DNA from: Alkanindiges illinoisensis DSM 15370
GTDB taxonomy: Bacteria; Pseudomonadota; Gammaproteobacteria; Pseudomonadales; Moraxellaceae
NCBI RefSeq assembly: GCF_000619845.1
Contig: NZ_JHUX01000003.1
Coordinates: forward strand, 1,030,064-1,062,063
Direction: 5' to 3'
Length of the DNA stretch: 32,000 nt
Below the pieces are notes generated by a model. That model was not told where the DNA came from, ran no database searches, and saw only the letters and a list, made by a program, of their open reading frames with translations. A program made the position numbers and the translations under genes. Positions within the stretch are counted from its first letter, which is position 1. Every line of letters begins with the position of its first letter. This document shows positions 8,539 to 17,612 of the stretch, in pieces.

Positions 8539-9207
8539 ATGAATACGGCTGCAATTCATCCCCAAATCAATGACAGAATTAATCACAGAATCAACGAAAA
8601 TGTAGAACGGATTCAAGATCATGAAATTGACCTGAACAACCTGCTGGCAATGCAATACTTCCCTGAGTGTGGCGGTCTTGCGCTGTTTGCCGGAACGGTG
8701 CGCAATCACCACAATGGCAAGGATGTACAAAGCCTGAAATATACGGCTTACAAGCCACTGGCAGAAAAAATGATCCGCCAGATTGAACAGGAAATTGAAC
8801 AAAAATATGGCGTGTCCTATGTGCGTGTTGTACACCGGATTGGGCATTTAAATATTGGTGAAGTGGCCATTTATGCTGTGGCTCGTAGTGATCATCGGCG
8901 TGAAGCCTTTGCAGCCTGTGAAGAAGCGGTTGAGCGTGTTAAACATGAAGTGCCGGTATGGAAGGAAGAGTTTTATACTGATGGCAGCAGCATCTTTGTT
9001 GAAGGCTGCTGTATTCGCACTGATTTTAATGGCTTACCTCAGAATCGTTTTAACCATGATGCCTCTCATCTGGTGTTCCAGCACCAGCAATTTCAGAACC
9101 AGAAAACCCCCCAAGGCACTTTCCATAAAATTTTTCCCCTCACTGGACAGCAACAGACTCAACAGCAAAATAAGCAAGCCATCCAGCAAAAAGTTACTGA
9201 TGAATAA
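8539..9207 (+). CDS. moaE: Molybdopterin synthase catalytic subunit MoaE with a ~60-aa Gln-rich C-terminal extension
   Basis: The core motifs FAGTVRNHHNG, HRIGHLNIGE and VPVWKEE align to MoaE. Residues ~163-222 are an extra tail containing about 16 Gln. Confidence 0.88.
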   Translation: MNTAAIHPQINDRINHRINENVERIQDHEIDLNNLLAMQYFPECGGLALFAGTVRNHHNGKDVQSLKYTAYKPLAEKMIRQIEQEIEQKYGVSYVRVVHRIGHLNIGEVAIYAVARSDHRREAFAACEEAVERVKHEVPVWKEEFYTDGSSIFVEGCCIRTDFNGLPQNRFNHDASHLVFQHQQFQNQKTPQGTFHKIFPLTGQQQTQQQNKQAIQQKVTDE

Positions 9208-9293
9208 ACAGGAACTTTAATTACCAGCAACTCACTAAAGTACAGAAAATTATTCTTGTTTAATGTTCCCATTTAACTCAAGGCAGGCAGGTA

Positions 9294-9872
9294 GTGAACA
9301 GCATAAACGCAGAACGCAAGGTTTATATTATTCATGGCTATGGTGCTGGGCCACAGTCGCACTGGTTTCAGTGGCTAAAACAGCAACTGGAAGCACAAGG
9401 CATCACCGTATACGTACCGGCCTTGCCTGATTCTGAGCATCCTATCAAGGAACAGTGGGATGAGTGCCTAAAACAAATTATTGGTGTACCAGATGAATAC
9501 ACCTATTTTGTGGCGCACAGTTTAGGTTGCATTGCCCTACTGGATTATTTTCGCCAGCTTGAACCCCGTCCGCAAATTGGTGGCATGATTCTGGTGTCCG
9601 GTTTTTCAACGCCTATTTCCGGTTATTCACTGATTAATCCTTTTGTAGGCAATGCGTTTCATCCAGAACACTTCATTGCCATGACAGCGCAGCGTGTGGT
9701 TATTGCAGCCAAGGATGATCCAATTGTACCTTTTGAGCAGACTGAACAACTGGCTCATGACCTTGAAGCCCGATTTATTAAAGTTGAGCATGGTGGGCAC
9801 TTTCTGGATAGTGAAGGATTTACCGAGCTGCCCTTAGTACATGAACAACTGAGTGCCATGATCAATCGCTAA
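9294..9872 (+). CDS. Alpha/beta-fold serine hydrolase of the YdeN/RBBP9 type
   Basis: GTG start. The IIHGYGAGPQSHWFQWL N-terminus and the nucleophile elbow AHSLGC (GxSxG-like) resemble the small ~190-aa serine hydrolase family. C-terminal HGGHF. Confidence 0.7.
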   Translation: MNSINAERKVYIIHGYGAGPQSHWFQWLKQQLEAQGITVYVPALPDSEHPIKEQWDECLKQIIGVPDEYTYFVAHSLGCIALLDYFRQLEPRPQIGGMILVSGFSTPISGYSLINPFVGNAFHPEHFIAMTAQRVVIAAKDDPIVPFEQTEQLAHDLEARFIKVEHGGHFLDSEGFTELPLVHEQLSAMINR

Positions 9873-9994
9873 GGTGTTTTGAGCTTGGAACATGGACTCT
9901 TTGCGTTTAGTATTTTGCCAATCTATTCAAGCCCTTTACTTCATTAATCATTCAATTGACTATTTTTAATTTTTGCAAATCCTGAGAACACCGA

Positions 9995-10918
9995 ATGAAA
10001 AACGTTGGCATGAAACCCGACAGCTACCGCAAAGCCACGGCGACTGCCGAGCTACTGGTTCCGCCGCACTGTATTGACCTGCTACGCACAGGCCAGACCG
10101 AAAAAGGCGATGCGTTAAAAACGGCTCGTATTGCGGGCATTCTGGCCGCCAAGCGCACCGATGAGCTGATTCCGTTATGTCATCCATTGCCCATTTACCG
10201 GGCCGATGTGGATTTTGAATTGCTGGAAGACCGGGTGATTGCCAGTGCAGAAGTCGAAACCATTGGGCCAACTGGCGTGGAAATGGAAGCACTGACGGCA
10301 GCAAGTCTGGCAGTGCTCACCATTTATGACATGCTCAAACCGCACTGTGAACCGCATGAACTAATTATTCGCGAATGCAAGCTACAGGAGAAAAAAGGCG
10401 GCAAGTCACACTACAAGCGCGAGTTACGTCAGGCTGTTTCAGCCGCAGTCATTGTACTGTCGGATACCGTTGCAGCAGGCCGCAAACCGGATACTGCTGG
10501 TAAAGCTGTGGTGAGCACCCTGGAACAGGCAGGTTTCAACCCCATCCATTATCAGGTGTTACCCGATGAATCAGACCAGTTAAAAGATCTGGTGGTAAAA
10601 CTAGTGGCAGAGTATGCATGTGTCATTACTGTCGGCGGCACAGGTATTGGAAAACGTGACATTACTGTAGATACCTTGAAGCCGCTGATTGAGCGTGAAC
10701 TGCCGGGCTTGATGGAAGCAGCACGCGCTTTTGGTCAGCAGCGCACGCCTTACGCTGCGATGTCACGTGGTGTGGCCGGGTTTATTGATCGCTCACTCTT
10801 GATCACACTTCCGGGCAGCCGTGGTGGTGCAACTGAATCCATGGCAGCGATTTTGCCAGCACTGGTGCATATATTTGATGTCTGCCGTGACCTGCCACAT
10901 CCCGGGGGCTATGAATGA
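9995..10918 (+). CDS. moaC: Bifunctional MoaC (cyclic pyranopterin monophosphate synthase) / MoaB-Mog-like (MoCF biosynthesis domain) fusion
   Basis: N-terminal half: ELIPLCHPLP and GVEMEALTAASLAVLTIYDM are MoaC signatures. C-terminal half: VIVLSDT...ITVGGTGIGKRDIT...PGSRGG is the MogA/MoaB fold signature. There is an in-frame stop 9 nt upstream of the ATG. Confidence 0.88.
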   Translation: MKNVGMKPDSYRKATATAELLVPPHCIDLLRTGQTEKGDALKTARIAGILAAKRTDELIPLCHPLPIYRADVDFELLEDRVIASAEVETIGPTGVEMEALTAASLAVLTIYDMLKPHCEPHELIIRECKLQEKKGGKSHYKRELRQAVSAAVIVLSDTVAAGRKPDTAGKAVVSTLEQAGFNPIHYQVLPDESDQLKDLVVKLVAEYACVITVGGTGIGKRDITVDTLKPLIERELPGLMEAARAFGQQRTPYAAMSRGVAGFIDRSLLITLPGSRGGATESMAAILPALVHIFDVCRDLPHPGGYE

Positions 10919-12147
10919 GCCAGCCTGCTTGCAGCCATGACGGCCTAATTAGTCTTGATGAAGCGCTGGCCAGTTACGCCAGTGTTAGCACTTTGCCTGT
11001 TATTAGCCTACCTCTCATTAAGGCTCATCAGCACATACTGGCAGAAGATGTCATTTCCCCCGTAGAACTGCCGCTGTTTGATCAGAGTGCTGTGGACGGC
11101 TATGCCTTACGTCAGGCTGATATTGATGCCGGAATAACACAATTTGAACTGGTTGGCGAAATTCGGGCAGGTTTTGCACAACAAGTCGAGCTTAAGCCGG
11201 GGCAGGCCTTGCGTATTTTTACGGGTGGGCAACTGCCTGCTTCAGCCGATACAGTAGCCCGGCAGGAAATTGTGCAACGTGAACAGGATCGCATTCAGCT
11301 CATGCAATCCATTGATGCTGGCACTGATATTCGCTATCGCGGGGAAGAACTGGCAAAAGGCACCATGCTGGCCAAACAGGGGCAATTACTGAATAGTGGC
11401 CTACTTGCTGCCTTAAGCATGGCAGGCGTACAGCAGGTCAAAGTGCATCGTCAGCCTAAAATTGCAGTGCTGATTACTGGTGATGAAGTACGCACGGAAC
11501 GCGACAATGACGCTCAGGTGTTTGATGCCAATGGCCCATTGATTAGTAGCTGGCTTAAGGAACGCGGACTATCGGATATCACCCTACAGCATGTACCCGA
11601 TGAACCTGAAGTCCTTAAAGATGCATTAGATCAGGCTTTTAGCCAGCATGATCTGGTGATTACCACAGGAGGCGTTTCAGTGGGTGATTACGACCTGATT
11701 CGTCCGGTATCAATGCAATTAGGTGCTCAGCAAATCTTCTGGCAAGTGGCGCAGAAGCCCGGAAAACCGCTGTATTTTGCCAGCTATCAAAACGCGCAAA
11801 CAGGAAAGCAATGCTATTTATTGGGCTTACCGGGTAATCCTGCTGCCGTACTTATTGGCTTGCACCTGCACCTTGCGACATTACTTTCCTGTCTGCAACA
11901 AAAGCAGAATGCCCAGCCGCAATGGCAAACTGGTTTATTTACGGGTCATTTAAAACCTGATAGCCGTGAGCGTTTGCTGCGTATGCACATGCATGTTTCG
12001 CCTCAGGGACAAGTGATCTTAAAATCACTGGATAAACAGCAATCACATATGCTGAGCAATCTTGCCAATGCCAATGTCCTGGTACGAGTTCCTGCCCATC
12101 AGCACATTAATGAGCATACTACGCTACATTTTCTGCCAATCTTATAA
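10915..12147 (+). CDS. moeA: Molybdopterin molybdotransferase MoeA
   Basis: PLFDQSAVDGYALR, ITTGGVSVGDYD and LPGNPAA motifs. The start overlaps the preceding stop (ATGA at 10915-10918). Confidence 0.92.
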   Translation: MSQPACSHDGLISLDEALASYASVSTLPVISLPLIKAHQHILAEDVISPVELPLFDQSAVDGYALRQADIDAGITQFELVGEIRAGFAQQVELKPGQALRIFTGGQLPASADTVARQEIVQREQDRIQLMQSIDAGTDIRYRGEELAKGTMLAKQGQLLNSGLLAALSMAGVQQVKVHRQPKIAVLITGDEVRTERDNDAQVFDANGPLISSWLKERGLSDITLQHVPDEPEVLKDALDQAFSQHDLVITTGGVSVGDYDLIRPVSMQLGAQQIFWQVAQKPGKPLYFASYQNAQTGKQCYLLGLPGNPAAVLIGLHLHLATLLSCLQQKQNAQPQWQTGLFTGHLKPDSRERLLRMHMHVSPQGQVILKSLDKQQSHMLSNLANANVLVRVPAHQHINEHTTLHFLPIL

Positions 12148-12161
12148 ATCCTCAACCAATC

Positions 12162-12193
12162 TGGAATGTTATTGTCATTACAATGGCATTCCA
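12162..12193 (+). terminator. Long imperfect hairpin 15 nt after the moeA stop (possible operon-end structure)
   Basis: TGGAATG-TT-ATTGT, loop CATT, ACAAT-GG-CATTCCA. That is 12 Watson-Crick pairs plus two possible G.U pairs. No clean U-tract follows, so terminator function is uncertain. Confidence 0.35.
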
Positions 12194-12342
12194 AGCCTTA
12201 AAATTGGTAGCTTCTTCTATTTCGTTAAATTTTAGAAAAATAAATTTGAAGCTGATCTAAAACTTAATTGAAACTTAAATTTACATAAAACAAACAGGTT
12301 TAATTGAAAAAATAAGGGCTTAAATAAATTGTTTGATTGAAT

Positions 12343-12361
12343 TCCCTATAATTTATAGGGA
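12343..12361. promoter_or_regulatory. Perfect 9+1+9 palindrome containing a TATAAT hexamer, upstream of cyoA
   Basis: TCCCTATAA-T-TTATAGGGA, with TATAAT at 12347-12352. Lies 258 bp upstream of the cyoA ATG in an AT-rich 470-bp intergenic region. Candidate operator. Confidence 0.35.
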
Positions 12362-12618
12362 TTTACTACATTATGCTAAATTACAGATACTTAAAATTCA
12401 TCATTCCGCATCTCCGGTCATTAATTGTTATAGCTTCACATCATCAGTTAAGGCTATAATGCGCCGCAAAGTAGCAGTGCTGCACCTTTTGGTGCAACGC
12501 ATGTCAGTTTGATTTTTACCTGTTTTTTGACCTGTACAATGGCAAGCTGGATTCACGCAAGCACTCTAATAGCAAACCCATTTTTCGCTGTAATGGGACT
12601 CTTAACCGAGGTTGTAAA

Positions 12619-13653
12619 ATGAGACAAACCTTTTTAGCCGTATTGTCTTTATGCGCTATAGCGGTCTTACTGACTGGCTGTAGCGGAGACATCGTCATCT
12701 TTAACTCAAAGGGACAAATCGGAATTGAGCAGCGCGACCTAATCATCATTTCTTTTGTCTTGATGCTACTGGTTGTGATTCCTGCCATTTTCATGACGTT
12801 TTACTTTGGCTGGAAATACCGCCAGGGTAATGGTTCTGCCGAGTATTTACCGAAATGGGCACATTCCACCAAGATTGAAATCGTGGTGTGGGGCGTACCT
12901 ATTTTAATCATCTGTGCGCTTGCCTATTTAGCAGGTACAAGATCATTTAGCCTAGATCCATACAAACCAATCACTGCTGAGAAAGTTGCCCAGTCGGTTC
13001 AAAATAATCCAGACCAGGCAATTGCAAATCAGGCTAAAAAACAGCCTGTTACTATTCAGGTGATTGCAGAGCAATGGAAGTGGGTGTTCATTTATCCGGA
13101 ACAGAACATTGCGACTGTCAATGAGATTGTTTTACCGGTAAATACCCCCATTAATTTCCGTATTACCTCCAATTCTGTAATGAACTCGTTCTTTATCCCG
13201 CAACTGGGTGGACAGGTTTATGCGATGGCAGGTATGCAAACCCAGCTTCACCTGATTGCTGATGAATTGAGTGATCGTGACGGTAAGCCTGGTATTGGTC
13301 CGGATGATGGTTATCGTGGTATATCGGCCAACTACAGTGGCTACGGTTTCTCCAATATGCGCTTTAGAGCTCACTCTGTAACTGATGCAGAGTTCAATGC
13401 CTGGGTCAATCAGGTAAAAGCCTCACCACAAACACTGGATATGGCCAAGCTTCATGCCTTAAGAGACGACCCGAAAAATCGTCCTCATCACCCGCATCCG
13501 GTGACCTACTTCTCTTCTGTAGAGCCTAACCTATTCAAAGTCGTTATAGATCAGTATATGGCCGCACAGTACAATCATACAGCGTCTCAAGCAAGCCATG
13601 AGAGTGGCCATGCTGCTGGTGAAGGCAGTCATACTGCTGTTGTAGAGGAATAA
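12619..13653 (+). CDS. cyoA: Cytochrome bo3 ubiquinol oxidase subunit II
   Basis: Lipoprotein signal LLTGCSG, two TM helices, cupredoxin-like domain (WKWVFIYPEQNIATVNE...). GAGG RBS upstream. First gene of a cyoABCDE order. Confidence 0.93.
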   Translation: MRQTFLAVLSLCAIAVLLTGCSGDIVIFNSKGQIGIEQRDLIIISFVLMLLVVIPAIFMTFYFGWKYRQGNGSAEYLPKWAHSTKIEIVVWGVPILIICALAYLAGTRSFSLDPYKPITAEKVAQSVQNNPDQAIANQAKKQPVTIQVIAEQWKWVFIYPEQNIATVNEIVLPVNTPINFRITSNSVMNSFFIPQLGGQVYAMAGMQTQLHLIADELSDRDGKPGIGPDDGYRGISANYSGYGFSNMRFRAHSVTDAEFNAWVNQVKASPQTLDMAKLHALRDDPKNRPHHPHPVTYFSSVEPNLFKVVIDQYMAAQYNHTASQASHESGHAAGEGSHTAVVEE

Positions 13654-13656
13654 AAC

Positions 13657-15642
13657 ATGTTGTTAGGAAGGTTAAACTTTGAGGCAATACCTCACGATCC
13701 CATCGTGCAGGTCACAGTTGCCGGTATGATTCTTGGTGGGCTATTGCTGCTCGCGGCCATTACCTACTTTAAAAAGTGGAATTATCTCTGGTCTGAATGG
13801 TTTACCACAGTAGACCATAAAAAGATCGGTATCATGTATGTCATCGTGTCGATGATCATGCTGCTGCGCGGTTTCTCCGATGCCATCATGATGCGTCTGC
13901 AACAGGTGCTGGCAGCCGGTGGTGCCGAAGGTTACCTGCATCCGGAACACTATGACCAGATTTTCACTGCTCATGGGGTGATCATGATTTTCTTCGTGGC
14001 CATGGGTCTGGTGGTTGGCCTCATGAACATCGTAGTGCCTTTACAAATTGGCGCACGTGACGTTGCATTCCCACTATTAAACTCTGTCAGCTTCTGGCTA
14101 TTTGCAGTCAGTGCCGCATTGGTGATGATGTCACTGGTACTGGGTGAGTTTGCAGCAACTGGCTGGCTGGCTTATCCTCCGCTGTCGGGCATTGAGTATA
14201 GTCCGGGTGTCGGGGTTGATTACTATATCTGGTCGTTGCAGATTTCGGGTTTGGGTACCCTGCTGACTGGTGTGAACTTCTTCGTAACTATCATTAAAAT
14301 GCGTGCCCCTGGCATGACTTTAATGAAAATGCCGATTTTCACCTGGACTGCGCTGGTTACTGTAATCCTGATTATTGCTGTGTTCCCGATTTTAACCGGT
14401 ACTCTGGCAATGCTAACCGTTGACCGCCTGTTTGGTATGCATTTCTTTACCAATGAAGCTGGCGGTAGCCCAATGCTTTACGTCAACCTGATCTGGACCT
14501 GGGGTCACCCTGAAGTATACATTCTGGTATTGCCTGCTTTTGGTGCATTCTCAGAGATCGTTGCAACATTCAGCCGCAAATACCTGTTTGGTTATAACAC
14601 CATGGTCTACGCAACCGTAGCCATTGGCTTGCTGTCCTATGTAGTTTGGGTTCACCATTTCTTTACCATGGGTGCCGGTGCCAACGTTAACGCGTTCTTT
14701 GGTATCATGACCATGGTTATTGCAATTCCAACTGGCGTGAAGATTTTCAGCTGGTTGTTCACCATGTATAAAGGTCGTATCCGTTTTACCACGCCAATGC
14801 TGTGGACAATGGGCTTTTTGGTAACCTTCTCTATTGGTGGTATGACTGGTGTTCTGCTTGCAATTCCACCAGCAGACTTTGTTGTTCACAATTCCCTGTT
14901 CCTGATTGCACACTTCCATAACGTCATTATCGGTGGTGTGGTATTTGGTATGTTTGCTGCCCTGACCTACTGGTTCCCAAAAATGTTTGGTTTCACACTA
15001 AACGAATACTGGGGCCGTCTGTCATTCTGGTTCTGGGTCATTGGTTTCTATCTGGCATTCATGCCGCTATACGTGCTGGGCTTTATGGGTATGACCCGTC
15101 GCCTGAACACCTATGACAATCCTGACTGGGAACCCTACCTGTATGTCGCTTTTGTCGGTGCAGTATTTGTATTTATTGGTATTCTGTGCCAGTTAATCCA
15201 GATTGCCGTAAGCTTCCGTGATCGCAAGAAAAATGCAGACTTAACAGGCGACGTATGGGATGGTCGTACCCTGGAATGGGGAACTACTTCTCCTGCCCCG
15301 TTCTATAACTTTGCTCATATCCCCCATGCTGATGAAATTGATGCATTCTGGGTAGCCAAAGAAAAAGGCGTTGCTTACCAGCGTCCTGCCAAGTATGAAG
15401 ACATCCACATGCCGACAAACCGTGCTGCTGGTGTTCTGATTGGTGGCCTGCTGTTTGTATTTGGCTTTGCCATGACTTGGTATATCTGGTGGCTTGCAAT
15501 TGCTTCACTGGTTGGTTCAATTATCGTGTTCATTGCAAGTTCATTTACCAAGAAAGTGGACTACTATGTACCCGCTGCTGAAGTTGAGCGTATTGAGAAT
15601 GAGCGCTTTCATAAACTTGAGCAGTTTCAAAAGCAGGGCTAA
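13657..15642 (+). CDS. cyoB: Cytochrome bo3 ubiquinol oxidase subunit I (heme-copper oxidase)
   Basis: 661 aa polytopic protein with heme-copper oxidase signatures ([28 protein letters not shown]). Confidence 0.96.
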   Translation: MLLGRLNFEAIPHDPIVQVTVAGMILGGLLLLAAITYFKKWNYLWSEWFTTVDHKKIGIMYVIVSMIMLLRGFSDAIMMRLQQVLAAGGAEGYLHPEHYDQIFTAHGVIMIFFVAMGLVVGLMNIVVPLQIGARDVAFPLLNSVSFWLFAVSAALVMMSLVLGEFAATGWLAYPPLSGIEYSPGVGVDYYIWSLQISGLGTLLTGVNFFVTIIKMRAPGMTLMKMPIFTWTALVTVILIIAVFPILTGTLAMLTVDRLFGMHFFTNEAGGSPMLYVNLIWTWGHPEVYILVLPAFGAFSEIVATFSRKYLFGYNTMVYATVAIGLLSYVVWVHHFFTMGAGANVNAFFGIMTMVIAIPTGVKIFSWLFTMYKGRIRFTTPMLWTMGFLVTFSIGGMTGVLLAIPPADFVVHNSLFLIAHFHNVIIGGVVFGMFAALTYWFPKMFGFTLNEYWGRLSFWFWVIGFYLAFMPLYVLGFMGMTRRLNTYDNPDWEPYLYVAFVGAVFVFIGILCQLIQIAVSFRDRKKNADLTGDVWDGRTLEWGTTSPAPFYNFAHIPHADEIDAFWVAKEKGVAYQRPAKYEDIHMPTNRAAGVLIGGLLFVFGFAMTWYIWWLAIASLVGSIIVFIASSFTKKVDYYVPAAEVERIENERFHKLEQFQKQG

Positions 15643-15645
15643 GAC

Positions 15646-16263
15646 ATGTCTGAAGTAATTCATCATCAAGACGAGCACGGTCACGATCATCATCACCATG
15701 ATGATACCGACATGACAGTGTTCGGTTTTTGGACCTATATCATGAGTGACTTGATCTTGTTCTCAAGTCTCTTCATTGCATATGCTGTATTACATACTCA
15801 CTTTGCAAATGGGCCCAGCTCTCAGGAAGTTTTTGGTGAATCCTTAAGCTTCGTTATGGTTGAAACCTTCCTTCTGCTGGTCAGTAGCTTTACCTTTGGT
15901 ATGGCTGTACTAGCCCGTTACAAGGAAAAAGTAGGTCAGGTACTAGGCTGGCTGGCGGTTACCTTTCTTCTGGGTGCCGGCTTTATCGGCATGGAAGTCT
16001 ATGAATTCCATCACCTGATTTCTATCGGTCACGGCCCAAATGTAAGTGCGTTCCTAAGCTCCTACTTCAGTTTGGTGGGAACTCACGGTATTCACGTTAC
16101 CTGCGGTCTGATCTGGATGATCGTTCTAATGATCCAGATTGCCAAAAATGGGCTTACCCTGCCAAATACCCGCCGTCTGGCTTGCTTAAGCCTGTTCTGG
16201 CACTTCCTGGACATTGTCTGGATTTGCGTATTTAGTGTGGTTTACTTGTTAGGAGCAATATAA
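15646..16263 (+). CDS. cyoC: Cytochrome bo3 ubiquinol oxidase subunit III
   Basis: 205 aa, five predicted TM helices, position after cyo[11 protein letters not shown] motif typical of subunit III. Confidence 0.92.
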   Translation: MSEVIHHQDEHGHDHHHHDDTDMTVFGFWTYIMSDLILFSSLFIAYAVLHTHFANGPSSQEVFGESLSFVMVETFLLLVSSFTFGMAVLARYKEKVGQVLGWLAVTFLLGAGFIGMEVYEFHHLISIGHGPNVSAFLSSYFSLVGTHGIHVTCGLIWMIVLMIQIAKNGLTLPNTRRLACLSLFWHFLDIVWICVFSVVYLLGAI

Positions 16264-16610
16264 TGGGTCATCACGCACATACCGATGCCGCTGGTGCTAG
16301 CCACGGCAGTACCAAGCAGTATGTTATTGGTCTGATTATTTCCATTGTTCTGACTATTATTCCGTTCTGGATGGTCATGCAGAATGTGGAGCAGCCCGGT
16401 AGCTTTGGACGTGGCCCGCTGGTATGGACCATTGTTGTCACTGCTATTGCACAGGTGCTGGTACAGTTAGTGTTCTTCCTGCATTTGAACTCATCTTCTG
16501 AGCAGCGCTGGAACCTGATTGCATTTGTTTATACTGTTCTGACAATTGCAATCCTGATCATTGGCTCAATCTGGGTCATGGATTACCTGCACTATTTCAT
16601 GATGTCCTGA
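16263..16610 (+). CDS. cyoD: Cytochrome bo3 ubiquinol oxidase subunit IV
   Basis: 115 aa, three TM helices. The ATG overlaps the cyoC stop (TAATG). Position in the operon. Confidence 0.88.
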   Translation: MGHHAHTDAAGASHGSTKQYVIGLIISIVLTIIPFWMVMQNVEQPGSFGRGPLVWTIVVTAIAQVLVQLVFFLHLNSSSEQRWNLIAFVYTVLTIAILIIGSIWVMDYLHYFMMS

Positions 16611-16622
16611 TTGGCTTGATTA

Positions 16623-17507
16623 ATGATTAAGAAGTTTATTTACTTAACCAAGCCTGGAATTATTTTTGGTAATTTCATTTCGGTCATGGGGGGCTTTTTT
16701 CTGGCCTCTCAAGGCAACATCGATTTATGGCTTCTACTGGTTACTTTGCTTGGAACCTCACTCGTTGTTGCTTCTGGTTGTGTAGTAAACAATATCATTG
16801 ATCAGGATATTGACGTCAAAATGGAGCGAACCCGGAACCGCGCACTTGTAAAAAAGTCGGTTTCAAATACAGCGGCATTTATTTATGCCGCTGTACTGGG
16901 AATTTTCGGGTTTGCTCTGCTTTACTGCTTTACTAACTTACTGGCGGTTGCATTTGCTGCCTTTGGTTTTTTTGTCTACGTTGTTCTATATAGCCTTTAT
17001 CTAAAGCGCCATTCCATTCATCAGACACTGGTCGGTAGCCTTTCAGGTGCCTGTCCTCCGGTTATTGGTTATTGTGCTGTTGCCAACCAGTTTGATGCTG
17101 GTGCACTCATTCTGTTTATTCTGTTTTGTATCTGGCAAATGCCACATTCTTTTGGTATCGCCATCTTCCGCTTAAATGATTATATATCTGCGCGTATTCC
17201 GGTATTACCGGCCAAAAAAGGCATCTATATTACCAAGCTGCAATCAGCCGTTTATGTCTTATTGTTTACATTAACAGGCAGCCTTCTGTATGTTTTCCAT
17301 TATGTAGGTCTAATTTATCTGGTGGTATTTGCTGGCTTGTGTGGTTACTGGTTATATCTGGCTGTAAGTGGTTTTAAAGCCATTGATGACCGTGTTTGGG
17401 CCCGTCGTTTCTTCTTATTTTCAGTCATCCTGATTACTGTTTTTAGTGTGCTGATTTCTGTTGATTATGAGCCGCAGCCTAGTTACGGTTTTATTTTTAA
17501 GCTATAA
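16623..17507 (+). CDS. cyoE: Protoheme IX farnesyltransferase (heme O synthase)
   Basis: UbiA-family polytopic protein with NNIIDQDIDVKMERTRNR (the Asp-rich prenyltransferase motif). Last gene of the cyo operon. Confidence 0.92.
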   Translation: MIKKFIYLTKPGIIFGNFISVMGGFFLASQGNIDLWLLLVTLLGTSLVVASGCVVNNIIDQDIDVKMERTRNRALVKKSVSNTAAFIYAAVLGIFGFALLYCFTNLLAVAFAAFGFFVYVVLYSLYLKRHSIHQTLVGSLSGACPPVIGYCAVANQFDAGALILFILFCIWQMPHSFGIAIFRLNDYISARIPVLPAKKGIYITKLQSAVYVLLFTLTGSLLYVFHYVGLIYLVVFAGLCGYWLYLAVSGFKAIDDRVWARRFFLFSVILITVFSVLISVDYEPQPSYGFIFKL

Positions 17508-17612
17508 AATAATGATTTAATTTTCTGATCCTGATAATTCTGTTTTTACTTTGTGTAACCCTGTTAGAGATTAAATTTTTCATTATTTTATAAAACAATA
17601 AGAGATAATGAG

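Noticed and set aside
12477-12485. The 9-mer GTGCTGCAC is shared between the cyoA upstream region and the Anbu/WYL intergenic region (~29196-29204).
   Set aside because: A single shared 9-mer in 32 kb on two strands is close to chance expectation (about 0.2 expected occurrences). There is no extended flanking similarity.
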